Below are positions 25,599 through 34,083 of a stretch of DNA of 36,998 nucleotides, piece by piece. Source of the DNA: an uncultured Gammaproteobacteria bacterium (lineage in GTDB: Bacteria > Cyanobacteriota > Vampirovibrionia > LMEP-6097); the NCBI GenBank assembly GCA_964597205.1, contig CAZQXM010000003.1, forward strand, positions 1-36,998, read 5' to 3'. Each line of letters starts with the position of its first letter. Position 1 is the stretch's first letter. The position numbers were made by a program, and so were the translations under genes. The notes under the pieces were generated by a model, which was given only the letters and a program-made list of their open reading frames with translations, was not told the DNA's origin and did not search any database.

Positions 25599-26438
25599 AT
25601 GAATTATGCCAATCATGGTCGGGGAGCCGCTTACAGCCGCTCGCTCTTGACTGTCACGTCTAAATACCGTCCTGTTCTTTTAGTGGTGCTGATAGTTCTC
25701 ATAATACTAGGCACTGCTGCTGCGATGGCAAGTTACTTACACTTGAAATCTAAGGTACGCGAATTAAGCGCACTAGAGCCAGTGAAGTTGCTAGCTGTAG
25801 CTAAGGAGCTTGAAGTGGGAGATGTGATTAGTGAAGATACTTTGGTGCCGATGTTTCTTTATAGACATGAATATGAACTAGCAAAAGAATCGTATGTGCC
25901 GGAAGCTAGCAAGCATCAGTTAATAGGTAGAGTGGTCAAGGTGCCGTTACTTGCTCGCAGTTTCATTCGCCAAGAGCATTTGGCTGAAATTGGTTCCCTG
26001 CCCGGATTGGTTAATTTATTAGATAGAGATCATTCGCTTCTAGATATCAATGTGCCACAACAAGGTTTCAATGTTTTTATTAGACCGGATGACAAGGTTG
26101 ATCTTTATGAAGTGAAAGATGATCACACTGAATTGATCGCAGTGCAAGTTAAAGTCATATTAGTAGACTCGCAGCCATTGGGTAGAGCTCCTTTAAAAGT
26201 AACTGTCGATCCACGTATGGAGCGGCAGCTAACACTAGCAGTGCCAGATGCAGTATTGCAGCGAGCACTGCGTGCTAAGCAAACGCATACATTGATGGCA
26301 ACTTATGGACATGAAGCTGCTAAGCCAGTCTATAGATCAAACCCAATAGCCAAGAAATTACCTAACAAGCCGATGCAGGAACTATTCGAGACCCTAGTTT
26401 TTATTAAGGGTGAAGAGAAAGAGGTTTTAAATAAATGA
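25599..26438 (+). CDS. cpaB: Flp pilus assembly protein CpaB/RcpC family
   Basis: 279 aa. N-terminal TM anchor, SAF-like segment (LAVAKELEVGDVISEDTL), and a C-terminal HSLLDINVPQQGFNVFIRPDDKVDLY matching the RcpC/CpaB pattern (rAvsv...G.i.PGd.VDv). Confidence 0.75.
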   Translation: MNYANHGRGAAYSRSLLTVTSKYRPVLLVVLIVLIILGTAAAMASYLHLKSKVRELSALEPVKLLAVAKELEVGDVISEDTLVPMFLYRHEYELAKESYVPEASKHQLIGRVVKVPLLARSFIRQEHLAEIGSLPGLVNLLDRDHSLLDINVPQQGFNVFIRPDDKVDLYEVKDDHTELIAVQVKVILVDSQPLGRAPLKVTVDPRMERQLTLAVPDAVLQRALRAKQTHTLMATYGHEAAKPVYRSNPIAKKLPNKPMQELFETLVFIKGEEKEVLNK

Positions 26439-27751
26439 AAGAGATACTTTTAGTTTCGGATATTGAAATTGATTCACAGTTAGAATTGACGAAAGCTGAA
26501 CTGGCTCATTATGCTTACAGCTTCTCTTTTCCAGTGCCAATTAATAGAGCGCTAGATGAGTTGCGTTCGTATTCACAAATCCTGATTAACGCTAGCGGCT
26601 CTAAACTAGCAGCACTTGAATTGGTGAAGGCTATTCGCCAGCAGCATAAAACTGCTATTAAGGTTTTTGTTTATCTGCCGGAGTCCAGTGCTAGTGAAGG
26701 TAGTAAATTCGGCTTATTAGGAGCAGAAGTTGAAGATGAGTTAAGTGTTCAACGTATCATCGACAAATTACCACAAGCTGATAAACGCGGTTACAACATT
26801 GATGAAGAGATTATAGCTATCTATGGTATGTATGGTGGTGCGGGGGCATCATTACTTAGTATTTTAATTTCTTATGTCTTGGGTAACTTAGGGCTTACTT
26901 CAGTGTTAATGGAACCTAGTCCCGCAGCTACTTCTATTCGTGACGCATTAGTGTTAGAGACTAAGCCAGCTTTATTAACCAGAGATAGAAATAAAGAAAT
27001 AGATTTAAGTAAAGATATGGACTGGTTCTCTGGTTTCGTTTCTCGTAGTCATTTTTTACGTGAAACTTTTTATTTACATTTGTTCAACTCTGCAGCAGCT
27101 CGAGATATTTTCAGTCTCAAGGCTGCTAGTTTCACTGAAAAAATATCTGAACAACTACTATCTATCTCTGACCGTAGTAAATATTATCAGCATAGCGCTG
27201 ATGAGCTAGAAGCTGCTTTAAGAGCTACTCGTAGCAGTTTGCAATTATTAGGACAAGAATTGAGTGGCAAATCATGCTCGCTATTTGATGAGGTTTTACA
27301 ACCTGGATCTCAGTTAGCTAAGTATTTCGTGGTGGATTTAGGCTCTGATATTAGCAGTCCGCTTAACAGACAGTTCTTACATTTTACTAAGCATCTAATA
27401 TTATTAATACGCGACAACTGTAGCTCTGATCTTAAAACAAATTTGCAGTCACAGGTCAAGTATCTTGAAGATACTTATCATCTTAATATCATTCCGGTGC
27501 TAGCTCCTGGACATCATAGATATAAAGATTATTATCGTTTTAGTGCTTCAGAATGGCAGTCATTACTTGGACTTGAGCCGCTAGTCTTTCCTTATCAACC
27601 AGATTTAGTTTCAGGATTTTTATTAGATCACGAGGACTTGGATAATAATTCAGCTTTGATCTTATTTGTTAAAAATTTGCTTGAAAGGATTGGTATTGTA
27701 GAAACTACTAGTCGTAAGTCGTTAATGGAATTTTTGGTGAGGAATGCTTAG
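26435..27751 (+). CDS. TadZ/CpaE-like pilus localisation protein (atypical receiver plus ParA/MinD-like domain with degenerate Walker A)
   Basis: 438 aa, positioned between cpaB and tadA. N-terminal REC-like fold without an obvious phospho-Asp. The P-loop position reads IIAIYGMYGGAGASLL instead of the deviant Walker A KGGxGK[ST]T. Confidence 0.6.
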   Translation: MKEILLVSDIEIDSQLELTKAELAHYAYSFSFPVPINRALDELRSYSQILINASGSKLAALELVKAIRQQHKTAIKVFVYLPESSASEGSKFGLLGAEVEDELSVQRIIDKLPQADKRGYNIDEEIIAIYGMYGGAGASLLSILISYVLGNLGLTSVLMEPSPAATSIRDALVLETKPALLTRDRNKEIDLSKDMDWFSGFVSRSHFLRETFYLHLFNSAAARDIFSLKAASFTEKISEQLLSISDRSKYYQHSADELEAALRATRSSLQLLGQELSGKSCSLFDEVLQPGSQLAKYFVVDLGSDISSPLNRQFLHFTKHLILLIRDNCSSDLKTNLQSQVKYLEDTYHLNIIPVLAPGHHRYKDYYRFSASEWQSLLGLEPLVFPYQPDLVSGFLLDHEDLDNNSALILFVKNLLERIGIVETTSRKSLMEFLVRNA

Positions 27752-29251
27752 ATGTTAATTGCTGCTGATAATTTAATTGATTTTAAATCCTCACCGGTGC
27801 AGCAAGGTAGGTTAGAGCGAGCACTAGCCTATCGAGCTGCGATTTATCCAGTGCTTGAAGCGATACTTGATCCACAGAATAAATCTCTTGAAGCTCAATC
27901 TTTGCAGCGTGATTTTGAACGTTCTGCTTCCTTGGCTGCTAAGCCAAGTTCAGCCAAGGAGCTTTATGCGATTAAACGCCAGAAATCAATAGTCTTGGCA
28001 GCTTTTATAGATAAAGTGATGCTCTCGCCATCACGGTTTGGACTAAGTTTCGCTCAGCCACCATCACAACAGGATAAACTTTGGACTAAAACGCTACTTA
28101 TATATGACCTGCTTTATTATGGTCCGATTACAGTGCTGGCTTTATCTAAGCTCTTAGCGATAGATGAGGATTTGCGTTTGAATCCTATGGCTCAGTTGAT
28201 GCAAGATTTAGCGCATAGTTATCAGGTTAACGAAATTAGAGTCAATCAAGCCTCTGATATATTTTTTGAATCAGGGTCTAAGATTTTTACTTGGCCAATA
28301 CCTTTTTTAAGTGATAGTCATTTGCAGCTAGTTATCGACAGAATGATTAGTGAATCTAATCTACTTTATAATGCTGCCATTAGTCTTAATAGTTCTCAAC
28401 CGATAGCTGATTTCGAGCATCCTTGCGGTTATATTCGTGGTGCAGCAATGATAGCTCCAGCTGCCGAGCATCCATTCTTAACTTTAAGACTGCATCCAGA
28501 GTCTCCTTACTCGCTTGACGATCTTATGGCTCTTAATATGTTCGATAGCCAGATTATGGAATTTCTGAAAGCCTGTCAGCTGGCTGGAACTACTATTGTG
28601 ATCGCTGGTACTATGGGCTCTGGTAAAACCACTCTCTTAAGCGCTTTAGCTGAGCACTGGCCAGTAGAGGGGCGCAAAGCAACTATCGAAGATACGCCCG
28701 AATTGAGACCGCGCATCGCTGATCTGGTGAAAATGCGTACTATTGAGCGTGATCAATTTAAAAATATAGATGTAGCTTGTTTAACTAAAGCTTGCAAGCG
28801 CCATAGTGTACGCTATGTAGTTCTCTCAGAAGCTAGAGATTATTCTGCTTGGGAGATTTTACAGCTATCGCAAGCGATATTAGGTTCACTCATGACTTTT
28901 CACTATACTTTGCGCGGTACTCGATATTTGGTGGATCAAGCTCTTAGTGCTTTGGTAGCTTTATGTAAGCAGCACCCACTAGCTCCTAGTGGTGAAGATC
29001 TTAAACATCAAATCGCTAGTATGGTGCAGATACTTATACTAATAGAACAAGATCCCATCGATAGCATACGACGCATAGTGAGAATTTATCATGTGCTTGG
29101 TTATGATGAACTTAATGGCGGGCATTTTAAGGCTCTAGAACTCTTTAGTTATCAGTCTTCTGTTAACAATTTTAGACTAGAGAACTCATCTAAAGAATTT
29201 GAAGAATATTTAAAATCAAAAGGAATAAATTATGTTTTTGCTCGGTCTTAG
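27752..29251 (+). CDS. tadA: TadA/CpaF-family secretion ATPase (type II/IV secretion NTPase)
   Basis: 499 aa. IVIAGTMGSGKTTLLSAL (Walker A), IEDTPEL (Asp box), VRYVVLSEARD (Walker B), GSLMTFH (His box). Confidence 0.9.
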   Translation: MLIAADNLIDFKSSPVQQGRLERALAYRAAIYPVLEAILDPQNKSLEAQSLQRDFERSASLAAKPSSAKELYAIKRQKSIVLAAFIDKVMLSPSRFGLSFAQPPSQQDKLWTKTLLIYDLLYYGPITVLALSKLLAIDEDLRLNPMAQLMQDLAHSYQVNEIRVNQASDIFFESGSKIFTWPIPFLSDSHLQLVIDRMISESNLLYNAAISLNSSQPIADFEHPCGYIRGAAMIAPAAEHPFLTLRLHPESPYSLDDLMALNMFDSQIMEFLKACQLAGTTIVIAGTMGSGKTTLLSALAEHWPVEGRKATIEDTPELRPRIADLVKMRTIERDQFKNIDVACLTKACKRHSVRYVVLSEARDYSAWEILQLSQAILGSLMTFHYTLRGTRYLVDQALSALVALCKQHPLAPSGEDLKHQIASMVQILILIEQDPIDSIRRIVRIYHVLGYDELNGGHFKALELFSYQSSVNNFRLENSSKEFEEYLKSKGINYVFARS

Positions 29252-30158
29252 TATCGTAGTTCTAGCTTTAGTTGCCTTGTTACTAGCCTTATATTTAAGT
29301 CCTAACCTAAGACGGCAACATCCTTTGCTTAGGGTAGGTGCTAGATTCTTTGCTACCAATGAATTAATGCTTTGCGCTAATCACATAAAATCTTTTTTAA
29401 TCTCCGAGCGCTTTAATTTCCTTGATTGCCATCTTGGTAAAAACACTTTACTAAAATTAGCAGTTCCTTCGTTACTGTTTTTGGCTCTTGGGCTTTTTGT
29501 TTTAGGACCGATTTTAGTTGGACCTAGTCTTGGTCTGGTCTTGGGTTTATTAATTGCCTTAGCGTATATTTCTAGGTTAATTCTGCATTGCTATCTGGTT
29601 TTTAGAGACGGTTTATTGGCGCAAATAGAGAGGATATTACTTAGTATCCGCAATAATCTTAGTGCTGGTATGACTCTTGATTACGCGGTGACAGACGTTG
29701 CTATAGCTAGCAAGGATGAGCCAGTCTCAAGTGATTTGCGTGGATTTCTGCAGCGTGCTGAAGTTAATTTTTTAGAAAGTTTTCCGTCTTGGCTTGATAA
29801 TTTGCGCCATAAATTTCATTTACGTTCTTTAGCCAAATCTTCTCAATTATTAGGGCTTGAATTACATTACACCAATAATCAAGAAGAAGCTTTCCTCGAT
29901 GCGGTTAATTCTGTGCATAACGCGCTTAGTAGTAATAAAAAACAACGCTCAACTTTAACCATCACTTTATTCACTCTAGATTTTATTGTTTTGGCTTTTT
30001 TCGCCGTTTTATTTTATGTTATTCCATCATTTACCCTTGGTTCTGATTTGAGTTGGTGGAATTCTGCTGAGAGACCGTGGGTAATATTTCAATCTGGCTT
30101 AGTAATTTGGGGTGCTTATTTGATCACCATAGCTCTAGCCTTAAGGAGACAAGAGTGA
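29232..30158 (+). CDS. tadB: TadB-like inner-membrane platform protein (T2SSF-type domain)
   Basis: 308 aa. Polytopic, with a cytoplasmic helical domain (ILLSIRNNLSAGMTLDYAVTDVA) typical of GspF/TadB. Position immediately after tadA. Confidence 0.65.
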   Translation: MFLLGLSIVVLALVALLLALYLSPNLRRQHPLLRVGARFFATNELMLCANHIKSFLISERFNFLDCHLGKNTLLKLAVPSLLFLALGLFVLGPILVGPSLGLVLGLLIALAYISRLILHCYLVFRDGLLAQIERILLSIRNNLSAGMTLDYAVTDVAIASKDEPVSSDLRGFLQRAEVNFLESFPSWLDNLRHKFHLRSLAKSSQLLGLELHYTNNQEEAFLDAVNSVHNALSSNKKQRSTLTITLFTLDFIVLAFFAVLFYVIPSFTLGSDLSWWNSAERPWVIFQSGLVIWGAYLITIALALRRQE

Positions 30159-31015
30159 TTGCTATATTAGTTGTGGGCTTTGCCTCCGTTATTTTACTTC
30201 TACTGCTTAATCGTGCTTATCTCAGCACTGAATTGAGTTTGCAACGCTTACCAATACTGGAGCGTAGGACAACTATTCATTATGCTGAGCCTAAATTCTT
30301 GGAGCGATTTAATCCCTTGATTAGATCTTTATTACCAGAGACTCTACTACAGACACTTGAATCGGAATATCTATATCTAGGACGCAAGCTTGAATTGCTT
30401 TATGAATTAATCGTCCAAATCTTCTTAGTCTTCGCTTCTTTATTCTTTGCCTACTTATTAAATCACAATAGTTATTTTTTAATTCTAGCCTTGTTGATCC
30501 CAGCGCTATTGATTATTGAACTTAAATGCTCGCTTGCCAGTTATCACCGTGAGTTAGAAGCTGATAGCGCACATCTATTTGCTTGCGCTAGAGTCTTGCT
30601 GATTAACACCGAAACCCCAATGATCTTGGCTTTAAGAATTATAGTTAGCACTTGGCCTAATGCTAATTCCGCCACTGTGCATGAGCTTAATAAAATTATT
30701 AACAAGATAGATAAACTAGGGGCTAAAGAAGCACTTAGTAATTGGCAAGTGAAATCTGAGAAGTTTCGTGATTTCTTGTCATTCTTAGTTTCAGTTGCTG
30801 AGGGCTCTAGTAAAAGAGCGCTCAGAGCAGCTCTCGATAAATTAATAGAAAGCTCTCGCCAAGAAGAAAAAGACCGTCTACAAGAGCGGGCTGATAATTT
30901 ACAGCTCTATCTTATGGGTCCAGTAGTAGCGATGCTGTTAGTTGTTATGTATCCAATGGCAGCAGCGATAAATTTTATGATGCAAAACAGTCTATTAAAA
31001 GGGGATGGAATATGA
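30155..31015 (+). CDS. tadC: TadC-like inner-membrane platform protein (T2SSF-type domain)
   Basis: The start is reassigned to the GTG at 30155 (AAGGAG RBS 6 nt upstream, GTGA overlap with the tadB stop) rather than the track start 30077. N-terminal TM VIAILVVGFASVILLLLL, helical middle domain, C-terminal TM. Confidence 0.65.
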   Translation: MIAILVVGFASVILLLLLNRAYLSTELSLQRLPILERRTTIHYAEPKFLERFNPLIRSLLPETLLQTLESEYLYLGRKLELLYELIVQIFLVFASLFFAYLLNHNSYFLILALLIPALLIIELKCSLASYHRELEADSAHLFACARVLLINTETPMILALRIIVSTWPNANSATVHELNKIINKIDKLGAKEALSNWQVKSEKFRDFLSFLVSVAEGSSKRALRAALDKLIESSRQEEKDRLQERADNLQLYLMGPVVAMLLVVMYPMAAAINFMMQNSLLKGDGI

Positions 31016-32760
31016 AAAGGACAAGCATGGGAAAACTTATGATAGTGGGATTATTATTGCTACTAATGCTAGATGTGAGCGCAGAGCCAATTATTAATTT
31101 TGCCGCTGATCAAGCCTTGAAGATTCGCAAGGTTTTTACTGTTGGGCAAGTAGAAATACTAGATTTCGCCAAACCAGTATCACTAGCGCATTATGGTGCT
31201 AATGAAGAGTCGCTGAATTATGTCGAATTGGATAAATTAGAGCCAGAAAAAGATGGCTATCGTAAATTTATAGTTAAAGCCAAGAAACCGGGCTATGGTG
31301 AAATGACTTTTAGATCTGGTACTGATCTAATTAAGATAGAAATAGTAGTGCAGAATGATTATCAACTATTAGAATCTCAACTAAACGAACTCTTCGGTAT
31401 CCATGATGCTAACCTGGACCCAGAGGATAAAATCCAAGTTATTCCAGCAGCTCATATTGGTAATGTCTCTAGTGAAGCTAGGGTAGACGCTCACATATAT
31501 CTTAAAGGACAAGTAGCTAGTCCTAAAGATGCGATGCTTGCTGTTGCTTTTGCCGCTAATGCTGTTGGTGATACTGGTGTTAAGATCTTTTCTAATCCGG
31601 GCGGTCAACTAAGAGCTAAAGACTTAGATAGTGAGCAAGCCGAGAAAACTCAACAAGCTGCTCCTAGTAGTTCGAATCCAGCCACCGCTACTTTCGCGGA
31701 ATTTTATGAATCTACTAATAAACTTATAGACACTAATAATTTACATAGAGATTTAGTACTCGCTTCTAACAACGAAAGGGTAATTTCTTTTATTCATATT
31801 AAAGAACCAGATAGATTTTCTGTTAGGGTGCGTTTCTTAGAGGTTGATGCGCGTCATCTTAATGAATTTTCTAGCAGTTTGTTTGCTACCAATTCTGGTG
31901 GTGATGTTCAAGGTGCTGTTGGTTCAGATCTACTCGGCGTGCCCGATGTAAGTAGTGCCCCAGCTAGCTCAGCTTCGGTACTGACAAATCTACTAAGGAC
32001 TTCACTTAGCCCAGCGGCTATTACTAGTCCTGGTTTGGCGAATGCTGGTAATCTAGTCGCTGGCATTTTTAACGTGGTGGATAATCTGAATGTCAGCGCT
32101 TCTATAAGTGACTTACTGCAAGAAGGTGTACTTAGGGTGGTTAATGAGTTCTCGCTTATTACTCACTCCGGTGAGCGCATTTCTCTAGGCAAGGGTACTA
32201 GGTTCCCATTACCGCAAATCAATAATACTTTAGGTGGCACCCAACTGAGCGTGCAATATATTCCTATAGGTTTTAAGGGTGAGCTTAAAGTTACCGATCT
32301 AGAGGATGGCATGATAGATGTGCAATTGGCTAGCAGGCTTACAGCTGCCGAGTCTTCTAACCTTACTTTTATAGAAGGAGTGGCTGTGCCTATATTTAAA
32401 GAAGAATTCGTTAATAGTGGAGCGATGCTAAGAAGCGGACAAGAAGTAGTGCTCAATAGCTTCTTTACTGAGTTTGAGACCATAGCTAAATCCTCTTCGC
32501 CATTGGGTCGTATATTGCCATTATTCGGTAAGTCGCGCAAAGCTGAGAAAAAACGTAGCATGTTATTCGTCGCGCTTAAGGTAGAACAGATATCACCTAA
32601 TCTCAATTCACCAGACTTCAGTTTGCCGCATGTCGATTTCAGCCAGAAGAAAAATATCTACAATAATTATTTAGGTGATCTCAAGGTGAATAATAAGAAG
32701 GAAGAGGCTGCGCTGGATCCTTTAAGTACTGGTGCTACTTTGCCGGGGGTAGAGATTTAA
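31012..32760 (+). CDS. cpaC: outer-membrane secretin, CpaC/RcpA type
   Basis: 582 aa. Signal peptide, pilus-formation N-domain (IKIEIVV), BON/secretin-N-like LKGQVASPKDAMLAVAFAANA. C-terminal secretin domain (ITHSGERISLGKGTRFP...VQYIPIGFKGELKV...SGAMLRSGQEVVLNSFF...SSPLGRILPLFGKSR...MLFVALKVEQI). Confidence 0.8.
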   Translation: MKRTSMGKLMIVGLLLLLMLDVSAEPIINFAADQALKIRKVFTVGQVEILDFAKPVSLAHYGANEESLNYVELDKLEPEKDGYRKFIVKAKKPGYGEMTFRSGTDLIKIEIVVQNDYQLLESQLNELFGIHDANLDPEDKIQVIPAAHIGNVSSEARVDAHIYLKGQVASPKDAMLAVAFAANAVGDTGVKIFSNPGGQLRAKDLDSEQAEKTQQAAPSSSNPATATFAEFYESTNKLIDTNNLHRDLVLASNNERVISFIHIKEPDRFSVRVRFLEVDARHLNEFSSSLFATNSGGDVQGAVGSDLLGVPDVSSAPASSASVLTNLLRTSLSPAAITSPGLANAGNLVAGIFNVVDNLNVSASISDLLQEGVLRVVNEFSLITHSGERISLGKGTRFPLPQINNTLGGTQLSVQYIPIGFKGELKVTDLEDGMIDVQLASRLTAAESSNLTFIEGVAVPIFKEEFVNSGAMLRSGQEVVLNSFFTEFETIAKSSSPLGRILPLFGKSRKAEKKRSMLFVALKVEQISPNLNSPDFSLPHVDFSQKKNIYNNYLGDLKVNNKKEEAALDPLSTGATLPGVEI

Positions 32761-32933
32761 TGTTTTGGGCAGCACTATTCTCAACGGCGATAGCATTTAG
32801 TCTAATTTGGGCTTTTATTACTCAATCTTGGATGAGTGCTGCAAGTTTTATTCAAGCCGAAACTAGTCAAATCCAAACTTATAAACCCAGTGCTAAAACC
32901 AATCAAAATTTAACGGAGCTATTAGTGTCATGA
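32760..32933 (+). CDS. small N-terminally hydrophobic protein (57 aa; possible minor/pseudopilin; not in the ORF track)
   Basis: The ATG overlaps the secretin stop (TAATG) and its stop overlaps the next ATG (ATGA). Hand translation: MFWAALFSTAIAFSLIWAFITQSWMSAASFIQAETSQIQTYKPSAKTNQNLTELLVS. Confidence 0.4.
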   Translation: MFWAALFSTAIAFSLIWAFITQSWMSAASFIQAETSQIQTYKPSAKTNQNLTELLVS

Positions 32934-33292
32934 ATCCTAACTATATATCATTAGCTTTTTTAATCGTGATGATTCCTTTAGTCATAACAGGGCAGTTAAT
33001 GCCAGCATTTAATTTGCATATAGCTAGTGATAGAGAAGCTTTGGTCCGCCAGCAAACAGAGATAGAGCTAGCTAAGAGCCTTCGTCTTAGTAAACCCTTA
33101 AATCAAGTGCAAGATGATTTAGTTAAACTAAAATTGCCGGGTCTTGATATTAAATCTGCATTAGTGAGCATTGATGGTGAATATGTTTTAGCTGAACTTG
33201 CTTATCAATATTCTGGTTTACTAGTCACTAAATTTTTCACACAACAGAATCAAGTTAAAACAATAAAAGTAGCGACAGTGAGAGTAGATTAA
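32930..33292 (+). CDS. hypothetical protein with an N-terminal TM helix (possible TadE/TadF-like pseudopilin)
   Basis: 120 aa. MNPNYISLAFLIVMIPLVITGQL followed by a beta-rich soluble part. The position matches tadE/tadF in Tad loci. There is no strong motif match. Confidence 0.45.
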   Translation: MNPNYISLAFLIVMIPLVITGQLMPAFNLHIASDREALVRQQTEIELAKSLRLSKPLNQVQDDLVKLKLPGLDIKSALVSIDGEYVLAELAYQYSGLLVTKFFTQQNQVKTIKVATVRVD

Positions 33293-33294
33293 TT

Positions 33295-34083
33295 ATGAAA
33301 AACCATACAGCCATAGTAGTAGAAGATCAACCAGTAATTTGGGATTATGCGAATTACTGTCTTAAGGATACTTGTCATATCTTAGATTTTTGTACTAATA
33401 CCGCTGAAGCAGAGGAAGCTTTCTTTCAATATAGACCTGATTTGGTTTGGTTAGATTGTTATTTAGGCGAAATCTCTGATTCTAGTAATGGACCTAAGAA
33501 TAGTGGGCTAGCTTTGGCTGCTTGGATTAAGTGTCATAGACCTAAAACCAAAATATTTCTTTTTACTGCTTCTCATGATCCGACCATCCTTAAAGCTGCT
33601 CGTGATATTGGTATTGAAGGAATCGCTCTAGGCGGCAAGTTTGTGCGTGATCGGCATATTATAGTTTCTGGGATTAGAGCAGTGCTTGAGGGTAAACAAT
33701 GGATCAGTCCGCATTTAGTGGAGAATTTTGAATTGGATGATTTAGCTAGAGTTACTGTTTTTGAGTTTGCGGTTTTCTGTTCTATACTGCTTGGTAAATC
33801 TACCGCGCAAATAGCAGAGGAGCTTGATACTACACGTAAACGGGTTAATAATGCGATCTATAGAGTTAGAGAGAAACTAGAAATAGATGTCTCAGCCTCT
33901 AAAGATTATGCTTTAGATCTGATTCGCAATAAAGTCTTAGAGAAGTTGCAGTTTAATGATAGCTATGTAGTCTCTGATATTATGGCAATTAATACTGCTA
34001 TCTATGAATTTCTAAGCCCAGTATTGGCTAAGCTGAAATCAGGCATGCTTAGTAGGGTCTATCTTGATCCAGTCTTGGTTTAA
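33295..34083 (+). CDS. response regulator, canonical receiver plus LuxR/sigma-70-region-4-like HTH and a C-terminal extension
   Basis: 262 aa. IVVEDQP, DLVWLDCYL (phospho-Asp), IFLFTAS, GIALGGK form the complete REC catalytic set. HTH is STAQIAEELDTTRKRVNNAIYRVREKL. Last gene of the Tad-like operon. Confidence 0.75.
   Translation: MKNHTAIVVEDQPVIWDYANYCLKDTCHILDFCTNTAEAEEAFFQYRPDLVWLDCYLGEISDSSNGPKNSGLALAAWIKCHRPKTKIFLFTASHDPTILKAARDIGIEGIALGGKFVRDRHIIVSGIRAVLEGKQWISPHLVENFELDDLARVTVFEFAVFCSILLGKSTAQIAEELDTTRKRVNNAIYRVREKLEIDVSASKDYALDLIRNKVLEKLQFNDSYVVSDIMAINTAIYEFLSPVLAKLKSGMLSRVYLDPVLV

Noticed and set aside
30077-30154. Longer N-terminal extension of the TadC-like ORF as given in the ORF track (start 30077)
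   Set aside because: The extension would overlap tadB by 82 nt and encodes a non-membrane-like peptide. The GTG at 30155 has an AAGGAG RBS at ideal spacing, overlaps the tadB stop (GTGA) and starts directly with the expected TM helix.
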